Shown: positions 45,363 to 55,276, counted from the first letter of the stretch. The stretch is 64,000 bases of DNA from an uncultured Planctomycetales bacterium (GCA_964648665.1 CAZYOA010000008.1:550-64549); one strand, 5' to 3'. Numbers and translations: made by a program. The notes: a model not told the origin generated them from the letters alone.

Positions 45363-46682
45363 TTAAAGCTCTTCAACCGCTAACGATGCTAATTCAGAAC
45401 GCTCACTCTTCGTTAGAAAAACATGTCCAAATATCTTAGATTTCTTTAATCTTTCAACAATATAAGAAAGCCCATTAGAGTTCGCATCTAAATAGGGATT
45501 ATCAATCTGGTCAGGATCACCCGTTAAAACAATCTTTGTTCCTTCTCCCGCACGAGAAACAATAGTTTTAATTTCATGTGGCGTTAAATTCTGAGCTTCA
45601 TCAACAATCAAAAATTGATCTGGAATGCTGCGTCCTCGAATATAAGTTAACGCTTCAACTTGAATTAAATCAGATCGCATCAGATTTTCAACTGTAAGAT
45701 CACTGGTTGATACACCTTTAATTTTCTGAATCATTGAGCGCTTTAAAATAAATTCCAAGTTGTCATAAATGGGCTGCATCCAATAGGTAAGTTTTTTCTC
45801 TTTGCTTCCTGGCAAATATCCGATATCTTTACCCAAAGGAATAATCGGTCTGGCAACAAGAAGTCTTTCATAAAGTGATGTCTTTTCCATGACCATTGAA
45901 AGTCCACAAGCAATAGCCATTAAGGTCTTTCCTGTTCCAGCCTGCCCAACAAGCGTTACAAGCTTAATTTCATCATTCAAGAGAAGATCAAAAGCAAAAC
46001 GTTGCTCCATGCTTAACGGATGGATGCCCATTGCGCTAAATTCTTTCTTAATTGGAATAAGAGTATTCTCCGCGAGATTATACCGACAAATTGCTGAGGA
46101 CGAAGGGTCTTCCTTCGCCTTAACTAAAACATGCTCATTTTCAAGAAAAGTATATCCTTTCGACTCAAGGCTATCCTGAGTATAAAGCTGGTTAAGCTCT
46201 CCTTTTGAGATTTCGATTTCTCTCCACCCTTTATAAAGATGAGAATACTCAACTTTTTGCTTCTCATAATCTGCAGATTTTATTCCTAAAACCTCTGCTT
46301 TAATACGAGCATTAATATCCTTTGAAATAAAGAAAACTATTTCTTTCTTTCTTTGAAGATCCCAAGCAACAGCTAAGATTTTATTATCATTTAATCGAGC
46401 ATCAATATCTGGAAGCTCAACATCTTTCGGTCCAAAAGAAATTATTAAAGTTCCACCATTTGACATCTTTGCACCTTTTTTAAGCGCTCCTTTTTTAATC
46501 AATCCATCAATCTCTCTTAAAACCTCGCGAGCATGCATTCCTTTTTTATCCGGGCTTGTCTTAAACTTATCAAGCTCCTCAATAACAACAATCGGAATAA
46601 TAACATTATTATCTGCAAACGAATAAAGGGAATGAGGATTATGTATTAAAACATTTGTATCAAGAACAAAATTCTTTTTCAT
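45363..46682 (-). CDS. PhoH-like ATPase with N-terminal PIN domain (PhoH2/YlaK type)
   Basis: N-terminal PIN (FVLDTNVLIH), Walker A GQAGTGKT, Walker B LIVDEAQN, GDPDQID. Confidence 0.85.
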   Translation of the reverse strand: MKKNFVLDTNVLIHNPHSLYSFADNNVIIPIVVIEELDKFKTSPDKKGMHAREVLREIDGLIKKGALKKGAKMSNGGTLIISFGPKDVELPDIDARLNDNKILAVAWDLQRKKEIVFFISKDINARIKAEVLGIKSADYEKQKVEYSHLYKGWREIEISKGELNQLYTQDSLESKGYTFLENEHVLVKAKEDPSSSAICRYNLAENTLIPIKKEFSAMGIHPLSMEQRFAFDLLLNDEIKLVTLVGQAGTGKTLMAIACGLSMVMEKTSLYERLLVARPIIPLGKDIGYLPGSKEKKLTYWMQPIYDNLEFILKRSMIQKIKGVSTSDLTVENLMRSDLIQVEALTYIRGRSIPDQFLIVDEAQNLTPHEIKTIVSRAGEGTKIVLTGDPDQIDNPYLDANSNGLSYIVERLKKSKIFGHVFLTKSERSELASLAVEEL

Positions 46683-46716
46683 TTAAGTCTCCCGGATAAT
46701 TTTTGAAATAAAATGA

Positions 46717-48462
46717 CTATACACTTTTTAAAACAGCACCTGTGTCTGCACTTGTCACAAAAGCAGCATACCGATTAAGCCAACCTCCGCGCACCTTAGA
46801 TTTAAATGGCTTAAGTTTTTCTAAACGTTTTTTTAATTCATCATTTGACAATTTAACATTCAGCTTATTCTTATGTGCATCAATTTCAATAATATCTCCG
46901 TTTTTCAAAATCGCAATCTCTCCGCGAGCAGCTGCTTCCGGAGAAATATGGCCAATACAAAGTCCTCGTGTTCCACCTGAAAAACGTCCATCTGTAATCA
47001 ATGCCGCCCTGATACCAGCACCTTTAAGCGCCGATGTTGGCGAAAGCATCTCCTGCATACCAGGACCTCCCTTTGGTCCTTCATAGCGAATAACAACAAC
47101 ATCGCCATCTTTAACCTGTCCCTTTAAGATTCCCTTAAGTGCATCTTCTTGAGATTCATAAATTTTAGCCGGACCAGAAAAAGCAAACATATCTTCATCT
47201 ACACCGCTTGTTTTTACAACAGATCCTTTTCGAGCAATATTACCAAATAAAATCGCCAATCCTCCCTCTCTGGAAAATGCATTTTTAGCAGAACGTAAAA
47301 TCTTTCCATCTGGACTTGGAGATTTCTTAACATATTTTCCAAGAGTCCCGTAAACAGTTTTAGCATCTAACGTTAAAGGCGCCTTGCTTCCTTTGTCGAT
47401 CGACTTTAAAATTGCTCCCATACCTCCGATAGAATGAACATCTTGAATATGAACATCCATTCTCGATGGAGAAATTTTAATAACATTTGGAGTTAATTTT
47501 GAAAGCTCATTGATGCGTTTCAAATTATATTTAATTCCAGCCTCATGCGCCAATGCCAAAACATGCAAAACCGTATTTGTTGATCCACCCATCGCCATAT
47601 CTAGGATAAAAGCATTATCAATAGAGTGTCGTTTTAAAATATCAAGGGGCCTTGCATTCTTTTTTAATAATTGCAAAAGTTGGCGAGAAGCTTTTTTAAC
47701 CAAATCTATTCTTTTTGGGTTTATTTTATATTGATTTTTTCTACCCTTAACTGGAATCGTTGCTGTAATTGTTCCATTACCAGGAAGAGCAAAACCCAAA
47801 ACCTCACCTAGACAATTCATAGAATTTGCTGTAAACATTCCTGAACAGCTTCCGAAGCTCGGACACGCACAAGACGTAAGACTTCTTAGAGATTTTTCAC
47901 TCATTTTCCCTGCACTATGTTTTCCAACACCTTCAAAAATCGAAACTAAATCCGTGCAACGGCTTCCGGCAAGCATTGGGCCCCCACTAACATAAATAGA
48001 AGGAATATTAACTCTGGCCATTGCGTTATACATCGCAGGAACAATCTTGTCACAATTGCCGATACCAATCCAAGCATCACAAGGATGTGCTCCAATAATT
48101 GTTTCAATCTGATCCGTAATCAATTCACGAGAAGCTAGGGAATATTTCATTCCAAAATGCCCCATTGCAATCCCATCACAAATAGCTCCACCAATATTGG
48201 CATACCAAACATTAACTCCTTGGCTTTCCAATTCTTTTTTAACAATTGCACCTAATTGATCTAAATGTGCATGGCCAGGAATTTGGTTTGTATACGAATT
48301 AATAATTGTGACAAACGGACGCTTTAAATCTTTAATAGATTTTAAAACACCTTCTGCCATCATCAAAGACACGCTTGGGAGCATATGTGGCCCAGAACGA
48401 AATACACCGCTTCCATTCTTTCGAACATTTTCAATACCTTGATTAACTGCTCTTTTAGACAT
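46717..48462 (-). CDS. ilvD: Dihydroxy-acid dehydratase (IlvD/Edd family)
   Basis: CDGIAMGH, GNCDKIVPAM, SGGPM, TDGRFSGGT motifs. 581 aa. Confidence 0.85.
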   Translation of the reverse strand: MSKRAVNQGIENVRKNGSGVFRSGPHMLPSVSLMMAEGVLKSIKDLKRPFVTIINSYTNQIPGHAHLDQLGAIVKKELESQGVNVWYANIGGAICDGIAMGHFGMKYSLASRELITDQIETIIGAHPCDAWIGIGNCDKIVPAMYNAMARVNIPSIYVSGGPMLAGSRCTDLVSIFEGVGKHSAGKMSEKSLRSLTSCACPSFGSCSGMFTANSMNCLGEVLGFALPGNGTITATIPVKGRKNQYKINPKRIDLVKKASRQLLQLLKKNARPLDILKRHSIDNAFILDMAMGGSTNTVLHVLALAHEAGIKYNLKRINELSKLTPNVIKISPSRMDVHIQDVHSIGGMGAILKSIDKGSKAPLTLDAKTVYGTLGKYVKKSPSPDGKILRSAKNAFSREGGLAILFGNIARKGSVVKTSGVDEDMFAFSGPAKIYESQEDALKGILKGQVKDGDVVVIRYEGPKGGPGMQEMLSPTSALKGAGIRAALITDGRFSGGTRGLCIGHISPEAAARGEIAILKNGDIIEIDAHKNKLNVKLSNDELKKRLEKLKPFKSKVRGGWLNRYAAFVTSADTGAVLKSV

Positions 48463-48563
48463 AGCATTCTCCTTATAATGTAAAAATTATAAACTTAGTT
48501 TAACTTAACCTTGATTTTGATATAGACAGGATTAGATCTATTTTTGAAAAGCAAAAAAACCTT

Positions 48564-49241
48564 CTACAAAGCTTTCCTTCGAGTCATCATCTCGTACACA
48601 ATTAAAGAAAAACCTAAAAATGTAAAATTATAAATAAAATCCTCAACTGGAATCGATAAAATGCGCGCTCCCCATATTGAAGCCGAATTATAAGAAACAA
48701 CTGGGATGCCAGTTAGGATTCCATTAAAAACTAAGAAAGGCGCATAGCAAATCAATATATACGCAAAGAAATTCTTTTTAAAAACAATACCTTTAAAAAA
48801 ATTAACAGAAAGAAAGAAAAATCCCGCTAAAAGAATTAAACTCATCGCCGTATAGCTTTGATCTTGAAACCGTAAAGCCAAAGCCATTAAAAATACAATG
48901 AAAATATAAATAATATTTTTATTATATTCAACATCGTCATTCTTTTTTGAAAAATAACATATAACCTCGTAAATAAAAATACAACTAAAAGGAACGACTA
49001 CAAAAAATAAAACCTCTTCAATCGGAAGATTAACAATTTTAAAAGATCCGACATATGCTGAATTAAAAGACCAGTCTTTTACCCATGTTGCAATCATGTC
49101 CCAGGCAACATAAAACGATCCAACCAAAAAAATAGAGCTGAACACATTAGGCCATTTCTTAAAATAAGAAATTCTGCGCTCAAATGATAACAATAATGGA
49201 ATACTTACGATGCTAATAATAATCCAAAAATAAAGACTCAT
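48564..49241 (-). CDS. Lycopene cyclase domain protein (fused two-domain CrtYc/Yd-type)
   Basis: 225 aa, about 7 TM helices. Two copies of the PxEE/D cyclase motif (LPIEEVLFFVVVPF and IPVEDFIYNFTF). Adjacent to crtB/crtI. Confidence 0.7.
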   Translation of the reverse strand: MSLYFWIIISIVSIPLLLSFERRISYFKKWPNVFSSIFLVGSFYVAWDMIATWVKDWSFNSAYVGSFKIVNLPIEEVLFFVVVPFSCIFIYEVICYFSKKNDDVEYNKNIIYIFIVFLMALALRFQDQSYTAMSLILLAGFFFLSVNFFKGIVFKKNFFAYILICYAPFLVFNGILTGIPVVSYNSASIWGARILSIPVEDFIYNFTFLGFSLIVYEMMTRRKAL

Positions 49242-49268
49242 AGTTCTCCTTATGTTATTTAATATTTT

Positions 49269-50231
49269 ATGTTTAAACTGCTAGACAATCAAGAGCAATT
49301 TTTTATTTGGAAACTTTGTTTTTTCAGATACAATAAAATAATGAATAAACTACAGAAATCTTTAATTGCTAAAGGCTTTAAAGAATCTAGAAAAATTACT
49401 AAAAATAATGCTCACACTTTTTATTTGTGTTCTTTGTTTTTATCAAAACCGAAGCGCCTTGCAGCCTACAGTATTTATACTTTATGCCGCTTAGCCGATA
49501 GCTCCGTTGATTCTTCAAAATCACAAAGAAAAGATCTCGAAAAAATTAAAAAAAATATTACTCAATGCTATCAATCTACGTCTCTGAATGATCCCATCTT
49601 ATGCGCGTTTCAAGAAACTGTTTATCAATATGATATTCCTAAAAAATACTTTGATGAATTGCTTGATGGAATGGGTATGGATTTAAAACAAAATTCTTAC
49701 GATAGCTTTGATATGCTCTACACCTATTGCTATAAAGTCGCAAGCATCGTTGGTCTTGTCATGTTAAAAATCTTTGGATACACAAACCCTCTGGCTGAAC
49801 TCCATGCCGTTGAACTTGGCATCGCGATGCAACTCACAAACATTTTGCGCGATGTCAAAGAAGATTCTGATCTTGGCCGCATCTATATTCCAAAATCTGA
49901 CCTTATTCAGCATCAAGTCTCAGAACTTAATATTAAATCTTGCACACTTGATTCAAACTTTAAAAATTTAATGATTGATCAAATTAAACTTGCACGCCTA
50001 TACTATTCAAAGGCAAGTCGAGGCATTCACTTTATAGAAAATTCTCGATGTCGCTTTGTTACATTTTTAATGATGAATTTATACGCTGACATACTTAATG
50101 AAATTGAAAACAACGATTACGATGTTTTTTCTAAAAAAATCTACGTACCTTTTATAAAGAAAATTAAAAAAATTAGTATTTTAATTATTAAATTCTTTAA
50201 AAACGATTTTCTTATTTTTCCCCCACAATAA
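49269..50231 (+). CDS. crtB: Phytoene (or dehydrosqualene) synthase, squalene/phytoene synthase family
   Basis: SIYTLCRLADSSVD (first Asp-rich motif) and NILRDVKEDSDLGRIYIP (second motif). An alternative ATG at 49341 (MNKLQKSL) may be the true start. Confidence 0.8.
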   Translation: MFKLLDNQEQFFIWKLCFFRYNKIMNKLQKSLIAKGFKESRKITKNNAHTFYLCSLFLSKPKRLAAYSIYTLCRLADSSVDSSKSQRKDLEKIKKNITQCYQSTSLNDPILCAFQETVYQYDIPKKYFDELLDGMGMDLKQNSYDSFDMLYTYCYKVASIVGLVMLKIFGYTNPLAELHAVELGIAMQLTNILRDVKEDSDLGRIYIPKSDLIQHQVSELNIKSCTLDSNFKNLMIDQIKLARLYYSKASRGIHFIENSRCRFVTFLMMNLYADILNEIENNDYDVFSKKIYVPFIKKIKKISILIIKFFKNDFLIFPPQ

Positions 50232-51663
50232 GATCAGAAACAATTTTTGAGCTTGCTATAACAACAGGCAATCCTCCGCCAGGCTGAGTACTGGCTCCAA
50301 CATAAAAAATATTCTTATTTCTTTGATCAACATTAGAAGGCCTAAAGAATGCACTTTGAAATAAATTATGCGCAAGTCCAAAAGTTGCTCCATTCTTTAT
50401 GTTATATTGACTGATAAAATCTTTTGGGCAAAATTTATGCTCAATTTCAATCATCTCTTCAATATTTTGCCCTGTAACTTCATTAATCTTTCGATAAACA
50501 AGATCTTTAATTCTTTTCTCATGCTGATCGATGTCATCATCTTTATTTTTAAGATTTGGAACCGGAACCAAAATATAAGCAATTTCTTTGCCCTTTGGAG
50601 CAAGGCTCTGATCAGTCACTGTCGGAACATGAAGATAAAAAGATAAATCATCTGAAATCACTTCAGAACTAAAAATATCATTTAGGTTTTTACGTAAATC
50701 CGAAGCAAAAAATAAATTATGATGATCCAAATTCTTAAGCTTATCATTTAACCCCAAATATAATAAGAATGTCGAACAAGAATACCGATAATCCGGGATT
50801 TTTCGTCTTAAAATATCTGTTTGCGCATACGCGTAATCTGCATTAATAATAACCTTATCAAACATCTGAGACTGCCCTTTAACTTGAACGCAAATCTGGC
50901 TACTTTTTGGATACACAGACCGAACTTCATGATCATAGTGAAATTTAACTCCGTTTTTTAAAGCAATCTTTTCTAATGCTTTTGGAATCTCGTACATCCC
51001 TCCGATTGGATGAGCAATTTTCTGAACATGATCTGCATAAGAAATAATGCTATAAAAAGCTGGCGCCTCAAATGGTGAAACTCCCATAAACATCGCCTCA
51101 AATGTAAAGGCATAGCAAAGCTTTTCACTTTTAAAGAATTTCTTAGCCAAATTCCAATACGAAGAAAACGGTTCTAATTTAATGAGCAGGTTCCAATATT
51201 CTGGGTTTAAAAGTGACGCTTTCGTAAAATGTTTAAACAAAAGGGGCCGAACTGAATGATAAAAATCTTCTGTTTTCTTGATAAATTCATCGAACCCAAC
51301 AGATCCACCCTCTTCGAAACGCTCGATCTCTTGTTTTGTTTTTTCCATGTCTTTAGAAACAGTGAAAACATCCCCATCAGGATAAAAAATCTTATAATTT
51401 GTTTCAAGAACCTTTAAGTTTAAATAATCTTCCATTTTCTCAGAGCAGTCATCAAAAACTTCTTTAAAAAAGTCTGGCATCAAAACAAAAGATGGTCCCA
51501 TGTCAAATTTAAAACCTTGATCCTCAAGCATATGATTGCGCCCACCACAACAGGAAAGCTTTTCAAAAACATCAACACTAAATCCTTTAGAAGATAGCCG
51601 AGCTGCGGCTGAAAGTCCGCCAACACCAGCACCAATAATTGCGATTCTTTGATCTCTATTCAT
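50212..51663 (-). CDS. crtI: Phytoene desaturase family FAD-dependent oxidoreductase (CrtI/CrtN-like)
   Basis: IAIIGAGVGGLSAAARLSSKGFSVDVFE dinucleotide fold, C-terminal VGASTQPGGGLP. ATG at 51663 preceded by AGGAG (the track start 51693 is TTG). Confidence 0.8.
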   Translation of the reverse strand: MNRDQRIAIIGAGVGGLSAAARLSSKGFSVDVFEKLSCCGGRNHMLEDQGFKFDMGPSFVLMPDFFKEVFDDCSEKMEDYLNLKVLETNYKIFYPDGDVFTVSKDMEKTKQEIERFEEGGSVGFDEFIKKTEDFYHSVRPLLFKHFTKASLLNPEYWNLLIKLEPFSSYWNLAKKFFKSEKLCYAFTFEAMFMGVSPFEAPAFYSIISYADHVQKIAHPIGGMYEIPKALEKIALKNGVKFHYDHEVRSVYPKSSQICVQVKGQSQMFDKVIINADYAYAQTDILRRKIPDYRYSCSTFLLYLGLNDKLKNLDHHNLFFASDLRKNLNDIFSSEVISDDLSFYLHVPTVTDQSLAPKGKEIAYILVPVPNLKNKDDDIDQHEKRIKDLVYRKINEVTGQNIEEMIEIEHKFCPKDFISQYNIKNGATFGLAHNLFQSAFFRPSNVDQRNKNIFYVGASTQPGGGLPVVIASSKIVSDLIVGEK

Positions 51664-51671
51664 AACATCTC

Positions 51672-52595
51672 CTATTTTTCTTGTGTCAAACAAATAAATT
51701 TACATCTACGCATTTTAATATCTAAGGCAAGTTCATTCTTAGGATCAAGCACTAACGCTTTTTCAATATATTGATCATAAGAATCTCTATCCCCATTCTT
51801 AAGATAAATTTGAGCTAGCCGAACATACGGATCCGGAAAAAACGGATCACCAGCAATGGCTTTTTCTAAGAATTCCTTTGCTCTAAGTAAATCTTGTCCA
51901 AAAACTACAGGAATAAGCATGTAATAGCTTCCTAATCCAAATTTAACAACTGGATCATCAGGACTCATTTTCTCAATAATCGATAAATGTTTTAAAACAC
52001 CTGCCCCGTTAATAGCTTTCGAAATTGGCCCTCCATAATGAGCAATCATCCCCTTTGCTGCAGCATAAAGCCCATGAGAGCGTAAATAATTTTTGTCATC
52101 AGCTTGCCCTCTTTTTGCCAAATTAATAACTTTTCCTGACAATCGAATAGATTTATTAAAATCCATTTGAATATACCAAATATAGGCTAAAGACAACTGC
52201 GCTGGAGCAAAACATGGATCACTCTTTATAACATTTTCAAGAATTGGAATAGCTTTAGCATAATCATGTTTTCGTCTTAAGCATTCAGCTTTTCCCCAGA
52301 GCCCTTCAATACTATCTGGCTGCATCCTTAAGAGGTCTGAGAAATAATTTAGCGCTTCATCTGTTTGATAATTATTAAGCGCAATTAGCCCTGAAACGTA
52401 AAGCAATGAAAGCTTGTCTAAATCGAAAACATCATCCCCTGATAAACTTTTTTCAGATGCTTGATCTGCTAGATTATGAAGACTGATCCAATCAAGCGAA
52501 CTCGCAAAAGCCGAAGAAAAAGTTAAAAAACAAAGAATAATTAAAACTTTAAAACACGCAAAAATGTTTTGTTTTTGCTTTAAGAAAAAATCCAT
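51672..52595 (-). CDS. Secreted TPR-repeat protein
   Basis: Signal peptide (FLTFSSAFA). Repeated A/L/Y-rich 34-residue patterns (ALNYFSDLLRMQPD, AIPILENVIKSDP, EFLEKAIAGDP, YIEKALVLDP). Confidence 0.6.
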   Translation of the reverse strand: MDFFLKQKQNIFACFKVLIILCFLTFSSAFASSLDWISLHNLADQASEKSLSGDDVFDLDKLSLLYVSGLIALNNYQTDEALNYFSDLLRMQPDSIEGLWGKAECLRRKHDYAKAIPILENVIKSDPCFAPAQLSLAYIWYIQMDFNKSIRLSGKVINLAKRGQADDKNYLRSHGLYAAAKGMIAHYGGPISKAINGAGVLKHLSIIEKMSPDDPVVKFGLGSYYMLIPVVFGQDLLRAKEFLEKAIAGDPFFPDPYVRLAQIYLKNGDRDSYDQYIEKALVLDPKNELALDIKMRRCKFICLTQEK

Positions 52596-53788
52596 TTCTT
52601 AATAACTCCCTTTTTATTTTTAAAACTTGGTAATTTTATTAAATAAACAATGTGCCATAAAATCCAAGCTATAAATCCCTTAACGTCAATTCCTAGAATA
52701 TTCGCAATTCCTTTTCGTCTTCCAATATTAGCAAGCTGTCCCAAAGAATCAAATGAAAATGATTTATTTTCTTTGTTCTTCATAGTCGCAATAATATTTC
52801 GAGCAACAATTTTAGCTTCACGAGTTGCATGCTGCGCAGTCGGAGGATAAACTCCATTTTCTTTTATATTTGAAATATATGCACAATCACCCAAAGCCCA
52901 AGAAGCAGACAAACCTTCAACTCTAAGACAATCATCAACAACGATGCGGCCTCTTTGCTTTTTAGCATTTAAGCCTTCAATAATGGCGCCCGTCTTATTT
53001 CCTGCTGTCCAGATTAAAGTTTCAGATTCAACAACTTCTCCAGACTCTAAACAAATCCCTTGATCTGAGAAATCAACAACACGAGATTTTAATTTTATTT
53101 CAACATTCTGTTTTTCAAAATGATTTTGAGCATAAAGCCCTGACTCTGCCTTCATTTCCGAAATAATAATATCCCCTGGATGAATCAAAATAATTCGAAC
53201 TAAATAAGATAAAAATCCATAGCGTTTTCGCAACGTCTTATCAGTTAAATCATAAATCGCTCCGAGCGTCTCTACCCCAGTAAATCCTCCACCGGCAACA
53301 ATAAATGTTAAAAGTTTCTTTTGAATCTTTTGATCCGACTCCTGAGAAGCTCTATCAAAACATGTTTCAATATGCGTTCTTATTTTCTGTGCATCATCAA
53401 TAGACTTCATACATAAAGACTTAGTCTGAACATTTTTCATACCAAAAAAATTGGGCTCAACGCCTAGAGCAAAAACAACGTGATCATAAAATATTTCATT
53501 AGAATTTGTTTTAACCGTTTTATTTTCTAAATCAACAGATAAAACTTCACCACAAACAAAATTAATATTCTTTAGAATTTCTTTAATTGGAATAGCGACA
53601 TCATCACTAGAAAGGGCTCCAGAAACAACTTCATGCAACATTGGAGTAAAAAGAAAAGAATCATTTCTTGAAACAAGTGTAACATCAACCTTGAATCCAG
53701 AATTGATTCTTTTTTGAAGTTCATAGGCGGTGTAGATACCAGAGAATCCACCGCCTAAAATTAAAATACGAGGGTTTTTATTTTCCAC
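52580..53788 (-). CDS. ndh: Type II NADH dehydrogenase-like FAD-dependent pyridine nucleotide-disulfide oxidoreductase (NDH-2)
   Basis: ILILGGGFSGIY and FIVAGGGFTGVE dinucleotide motifs, ALGDCA, C-terminal amphipathic/TM tail. GTG start. Confidence 0.75.
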   Translation of the reverse strand: MENKNPRILILGGGFSGIYTAYELQKRINSGFKVDVTLVSRNDSFLFTPMLHEVVSGALSSDDVAIPIKEILKNINFVCGEVLSVDLENKTVKTNSNEIFYDHVVFALGVEPNFFGMKNVQTKSLCMKSIDDAQKIRTHIETCFDRASQESDQKIQKKLLTFIVAGGGFTGVETLGAIYDLTDKTLRKRYGFLSYLVRIILIHPGDIIISEMKAESGLYAQNHFEKQNVEIKLKSRVVDFSDQGICLESGEVVESETLIWTAGNKTGAIIEGLNAKKQRGRIVVDDCLRVEGLSASWALGDCAYISNIKENGVYPPTAQHATREAKIVARNIIATMKNKENKSFSFDSLGQLANIGRRKGIANILGIDVKGFIAWILWHIVYLIKLPSFKNKKGVIKKWIFS

Positions 53789-53804
53789 GATTTCTTTTAA
53801 TAAA

Positions 53805-54218
53805 TTACTTTTTTCGAGCTAAAAGTTTGTCTAAAGAAAATGTTCCAGCCCCAAGATGCAAAATAACCAAAGAACTCATTAAAACAGTTGCAGGATAAAA
53901 ATAATCTGTTGGATGAACTTTGATAATTGCAACAGCCATAATCGCAATAAACCCAACAGCTGCCATTCGAGCTAAAAATCCAGCAGCAAAGAATATGCCA
54001 AAGATTAATTCAGACCAAGCCACAAAGGATGCCATTGTCGCAGAAAATCCCAACCCGCTCATCATGGTTGTAAAATTATCCATTCCTGGACCACCCATAA
54101 ACCCAAACAACTTTCCAGCACCAGCTTTGATAAAAATCCATGCAATAAAGAAACGTAAAAGAACAACGCTCCAACCAGCAGCAGTTTGGTGAATTTTTTT
54201 ACAAATACTACAGCACAT
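53805..54218 (-). CDS. DoxX-family membrane protein
   Basis: 137 aa, 4 TM helices, LLRFFIAWIFIKAGAGKLFG pattern. Strong AAGGAGG RBS. Confidence 0.7.
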   Translation of the reverse strand: MCCSICKKIHQTAAGWSVVLLRFFIAWIFIKAGAGKLFGFMGGPGMDNFTTMMSGLGFSATMASFVAWSELIFGIFFAAGFLARMAAVGFIAIMAVAIIKVHPTDYFYPATVLMSSLVILHLGAGTFSLDKLLARKK

Positions 54219-54227
54219 AATGCCTCC

Positions 54228-54620
54228 TTATTTTATCCAAAGACCATGCTTATTACAAAATTCAAGAACTTTAACATCATCTGCATCTGTCATAAAAACA
54301 GCCTCTGGCGCTGAGCCAGGCTTTAAATATTTTCGCTGAACTTCACTGCAAGATTTAAGTTCAATAAATTCAATATAATGATCCTCTTCCATAGGATGTG
54401 GAACATCTCCAACTTTAACTTTATAGCCACCTTCAATCTTCTCAACAACCGGAACATGCTTTTCTTTTCCTTGATCAGCTGTTTTTGGTTCTGCAACCTT
54501 TAGAGGATTACCACAACAAGAAATTTCACAATTTGATTCACAGCCTCGCAAAGCTTCAACTAAGCAATCACAGTTGTCTCCATCTGAACATGTATAAATC
54601 TTAGAACAATCACAAGACAT
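54228..54620 (-). CDS. Superoxide reductase (desulfoferrodoxin-like) with atypical Cys-rich N-terminal domain
   Basis: Centre II ligand motifs EKHVPV, HPMEEDHYIEFIEL, CNKHGLW. The N-terminal 37 aa contain 9 Cys, including the SCCGNPLK motif. AAAGGAGG RBS. Confidence 0.8.
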   Translation of the reverse strand: MSCDCSKIYTCSDGDNCDCLVEALRGCESNCEISCCGNPLKVAEPKTADQGKEKHVPVVEKIEGGYKVKVGDVPHPMEEDHYIEFIELKSCSEVQRKYLKPGSAPEAVFMTDADDVKVLEFCNKHGLWIK

Positions 54621-54717
54621 ATTGCCTCCTTTATATTAGATAAATATTTTCTATTTTGAATATATTAGCACAAAGCTGTTTACCCTCAAAGGAGTATCTG
54701 GAAAGCAAAAATAACGG

Positions 54718-55242
54718 TTAACGATTAGTCAAAGCTCCTAAAAGGCCAGCGCCAAGAATAATCAAAGCGGGATGAATCTTTGTAAACATGAAAAGACTAA
54801 AGGCAATAATAATCAACAGAACATTTTTCCAGCTAATTAAATTCACAACACCAACCGTTTGAAATGCCACGGCTACAATCATAGCAAAAACAACAACCTG
54901 GATCGTACTAAAAGCTCCCTTGACAGAGGGAATATCTTTGTATTGATTATAAAAATACGTAGCAACAAGGACGAGAATAACAGGAGATAAAAGATTTGCA
55001 ATGTTGGCAACAATTGCGCCAGGGACACCCGCAACTTTATTACCTGTATATGTAGCAAATTTTACTGAGATCGCACCTGGGAAAATCTTAACAATTCCTA
55101 AAACTTCTAGGAACTCTTCTCTAGCTAGCCAATGATAACGCTCAACAACGTCCTTTTCAATTAAAGGCAAAAATGAATACGCGCCCCCAACAGCAAACAA
55201 GCCAATCCTAAAAAAAACTAAAAAAAGATCAAATAAAACCAT
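54718..55242 (-). CDS. Chromate-transporter (CHR) family protein, short single-domain form
   Basis: FFRIGLFAVGGAYSFLPLIEKDVVERYHWL is typical of the CHR family. 174 aa corresponds to one half of a full ChrA. Confidence 0.7.
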   Translation of the reverse strand: MVLFDLFLVFFRIGLFAVGGAYSFLPLIEKDVVERYHWLAREEFLEVLGIVKIFPGAISVKFATYTGNKVAGVPGAIVANIANLLSPVILVLVATYFYNQYKDIPSVKGAFSTIQVVVFAMIVAVAFQTVGVVNLISWKNVLLIIIAFSLFMFTKIHPALIILGAGLLGALTNR

Positions 55243-55276
55243 GCCCTATCTCCTGAATTACTTAAATCTATGCTTT

